DNA of 64,000 nucleotides from Clostridium sp. (GTDB lineage Bacteria; Bacteroidota; Bacteroidia; Bacteroidales; Muribaculaceae): NCBI GenBank assembly GCA_023663805.1, contig JAMPGR010000001.1:156255-220254 (forward strand), read 5' to 3'. Made by a program: the position numbers and the translations under genes. The notes below the pieces were generated by a model. That model was given only the letters and a program-made list of their open reading frames with translations. It was not told the DNA's origin and did no database searches. The first letter of the stretch is position 1, and the number at the start of each line of letters is the position of its first letter. Positions 58,308 through 64,000 of this stretch are shown one piece after another.

Positions 58308-58909
58308 AGTTCGACGTCGGCCGCTCCTTCGCGGACAATAGAGGGTGATGACGAGTCGGAGAGGTCGACGACCGTTGTCGGGACGCCGGGAGTGTGTCCG
58401 CCGTCGATCATCAGGGGGACCGTCGCGGCGAAGGTCAGGGAGACCGCGTCGGGGTCGGAGGCCTCTTCGGCGGGGAGCGGGACAGAGGTCGTCAGCAGCG
58501 GGTTCCCGAGCGCTTCGGCCAGCGCCAGCGCGACCGGCGAGGCGGGAATGCGTATCCCGACCGTCCGGCGCTCGCGGAAAATCTTCGGGAGCGTGAGGGC
58601 CGCCGGCAGCAGGAATGTGACCGCCCCGGGGAGATACTGCTTCAGCATCCTGAAGGCCGCGTTGTCGATCCGGGCATATTCGCTCGCTTCGGAGATTCCG
58701 GAGCAGATGATCGAGAGCGACTCCTTTTTTGAGGCGATATCTTTGACGCGGGCGAGCCGCTCGATCGCTTTCTTGTCGAGGGCGCTGCATCCCAGGGCAT
58801 ATAGCGAATCGGTCGGGTAGACAACGACCTGGCCGTCGCGGAGAGCCTCGACAGCCTCGGCGATAAAGCGGTCGTTGACCGAGGTCGGGTATATTTTCAG
58901 AATCTTCAT
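58304..58909 (-). CDS. tsaC: L-threonylcarbamoyladenylate synthase (TsaC/Sua5/YciO family)
   Basis: VVYPTDSLYALGC, LSIIC, LPGAVTF, TVGIRIP, LGNPLLTTS and PTTVVDL. Probable start MKILK at 58909. Confidence 0.85.
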   Translation of the reverse strand: MKILKIYPTSVNDRFIAEAVEALRDGQVVVYPTDSLYALGCSALDKKAIERLARVKDIASKKESLSIICSGISEASEYARIDNAAFRMLKQYLPGAVTFLLPAALTLPKIFRERRTVGIRIPASPVALALAEALGNPLLTTSVPLPAEEASDPDAVSLTFAATVPLMIDGGHTPGVPTTVVDLSDSSSPSIVREGAADVEL

Positions 58910-58978
58910 AGTCGATTGTTCGGATAACGTGCTACAAAAATAACAAATAGTTTTGTAAGAATGTCGCGGCCGGGAACG

Positions 58979-59050
58979 AAAAAAGAGATGTCTCACGACA
59001 TCTCTTCTCCTTTAAACCTTTATCTTAATCTAATACTATGAAAAACACAC
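58979..59050 (-). ncRNA. Candidate independently transcribed small RNA (~72 nt)
   Basis: Promoter TACCTTTG (59061-59054); predicted RNA GUGUGUUUUUCAUAGUAUUAGAUUAAGAUAAAGGUUUAAAGGAG-AAGAGAUGUC-GUGA-GACAUCUCUU-UUUU. tsaC has a separate TATTTTTG downstream (58942-58935). Confidence 0.7.
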
Positions 59051-59473
59051 TTGCAAAGGTACGGCTTTAATCTGAATAAAGTGCAAACTTAGTCGAAATT
59101 TAACACTCGTTTAACAATTGGGGATTTCGCCTCCGCCCGGATGCCATAATGATTGGTAACGGGGCATAGAAGAGCGGCATTTGTGACTTTCTGATCAGAT
59201 AATGACGGTGTGGCCTTGCATTTGTATGGGAATTGCACTTTGGTTGGGGACAACGTGTCAGGTGTGTTGGGGTATATTTAACCGCAAAAAATCCAATTAT
59301 GCAGTCGCGATCCGGAAAAATATGTGGCTGCCGGGACTATTTTTGTCGGCTGAAATTGATTTTTCTCTGAAAAAATTAGTAATTTCGCAACGGCATAACT
59401 CTGCGCTACGCGACAGCGCCTGTGGTGCCGCTATTAAAACCGATACCAAATATTCAATCAGATTACTTAAACT

Positions 59474-63043
<3,570 letters not shown>

Positions 63044-63051
63044 AAACAGAC

Positions 63052-63143
63052 AGACTCCGGCTGGATAATCAGGCCGGAGTCTATATTTTCGAAACAAAGA
63101 ACCGGCGGCAGAGAGCGAATGCCTCTGCCGCCGGCTCTTTTTT
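63052..63143. terminator. Two hairpins between convergent nifJ and rpn; the second is a bidirectional terminator
   Basis: AGACTCCGGC / GCCGGAGTCT (63052-63082); AAAGAACCGGCGGCAGAG / CTCTGCCGCCGGCTCTTT plus T-run (63096-63143). Confidence 0.8.
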
Positions 63144-63151
63144 ATTTCGAA

Positions 63152-64000
63152 TTACAGTCTGGAGATTTCGTCGTCGGTCAGTCTTGTGATTGCTAGAACG
63201 AGCGCACGATCCAGCCCTTTGGCGAGCATCTCGCGCGCGACAGCAAGACATCCCTGGCGCAATCCTTCGGCGAGTCCTTCCGCACGACCTTCGGCGAGTC
63301 CTTCCGCACGACCTTCGGCGAGTCCTTCTGCACGACCTTCGGCGAGTCCTTCTGCACGGCCCTCTGCACGGCCTTCGAAGCGTCCTTCGTCCTTTGCGGT
63401 TTCGATCATATTGTGAGCGCTGTTGATGCTTTCAAGGTGGCGGTAATATGCCTCGCGTTCGTTTTCCGGAAGTCTGTCGACTCGCATCTTTTCCCGGGCA
63501 GCGTCGAGGCCGGGAGCGTCGCTGTCGTCGTGGACAACCCCTTTCGAGAGAAAGTACATCCACTGGTCTATCGGCGTTTTCGACCAGCGGTCGAAGTCGC
63601 CGGTCAGAAGAATATAATACTCGGGGTATATGTCGGAGATTGTCTGGGCCTGATATTTGAATTTCCAGTTCTCGGTCATCCTGATCGGATCGCCGTTGTG
63701 AATGCCGCGGAATTCGGTTGTGCCGCGGTAGATATAGTCGGTGTTGTTCGCTATATTGAAGTATACGAGGCTAATGCTGTAGATTTTGTCGATTTTGCCG
63801 TAGTTGTCGCCGCGGTTGATGTAGTCGTTGATGATTTTCGAGGTTCCGAAGAGAATACGGTGGAAGAACTCGTCCTCGCTCTGGTTCTGGACCTCAATCA
63901 GTATTTTCCGGCCGCGGTGATCCTTCGCGAGCAGGTCGACGCGATTCAGTTTTCCATCCTCGCGGTCGACATTCCCTTCGCTTTCGAGGAGTTCCACGAT
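63152..64000 (-). CDS. Rpn-family PD-(D/E)XK nuclease, copy 2 (5' end outside window)
   Basis: Near-identical protein to 33450-34412 over the nuclease region; longer AEG repeat tract. Confidence 0.92.
   Translation of the reverse strand: MVELLESEGNVDREDGKLNRVDLLAKDHRGRKILIEVQNQSEDEFFHRILFGTSKIINDYINRGDNYGKIDKIYSISLVYFNIANNTDYIYRGTTEFRGIHNGDPIRMTENWKFKYQAQTISDIYPEYYILLTGDFDRWSKTPIDQWMYFLSKGVVHDDSDAPGLDAAREKMRVDRLPENEREAYYRHLESINSAHNMIETAKDEGRFEGRAEGRAEGLAEGRAEGLAEGRAEGLAEGRAEGLAEGLRQGCLAVAREMLAKGLDRALVLAITRLTDDEISRL
63264..63371 (-). repeat. Four near-perfect 24-nt tandem units plus one 12-nt unit (AEGLAEGR)
   Basis: CCTTCGGCGAGTCCTTC(C/T)GCACG(A/G) x4, starting at 63264, 63288, 63312 and 63336. 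Confidence 0.92.

Noticed and set aside
58308-58790. 161-aa N-terminal extension of the ATPase-DUF4435 ORF
   Set aside because: It is an alternative frame overlapping tsaC; the ATGA overlap at 58304-58307 marks the real start.
63264-63371. CRISPR-like array in the rpn repeats or the 19.3-kb heptamers
   Set aside because: These are contiguous tandem units with no unique spacers, and there are no cas genes.

Overview
GC-rich Bacteroidales chromosome segment (possibly Muribaculaceae; this is an inference from gene content and TAnnTTTG-type promoters). It is mostly core genome: htrA 3' end, guaB-PPIase-SurA-OstA, tRNA-Glu/rpsT/tRNA-Glu, recO, a small fdtA/fdtA/fdtB amino-sugar cassette, a GH2 beta-galactosidase, the DUF6242-porG-uppS-bamA-skp-skp cluster, ribD-ispG-purE, purF, the tRNA/tuf/secE/nusG/rplKAJL/rpoBC superoperon, tsaC-menA and PFOR. 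No prophage, integrase or CRISPR array is visible. The most interesting items are: (1) a single-chain ABC-ATPase + DUF4435/TOPRIM protein (PARIS/OLD-like) with a non-canonical Walker B, translationally coupled to tsaC and menA; (2) two dispersed Rpn nuclease paralogs with near-identical N-termini, divergent repeat-expanded C-termini and a shared candidate internal start for an intragenic antitoxin; (3) a ~72-nt candidate sRNA with its own promoter and terminator and a seed complementary to AUG start regions; (4) a guanine deaminase + MFS pair; (5) a PurF lacking its catalytic Cys; (6) an orphan GTAG-type REPIN-like palindrome. Family assignments come from motif recognition only; no searches were run.
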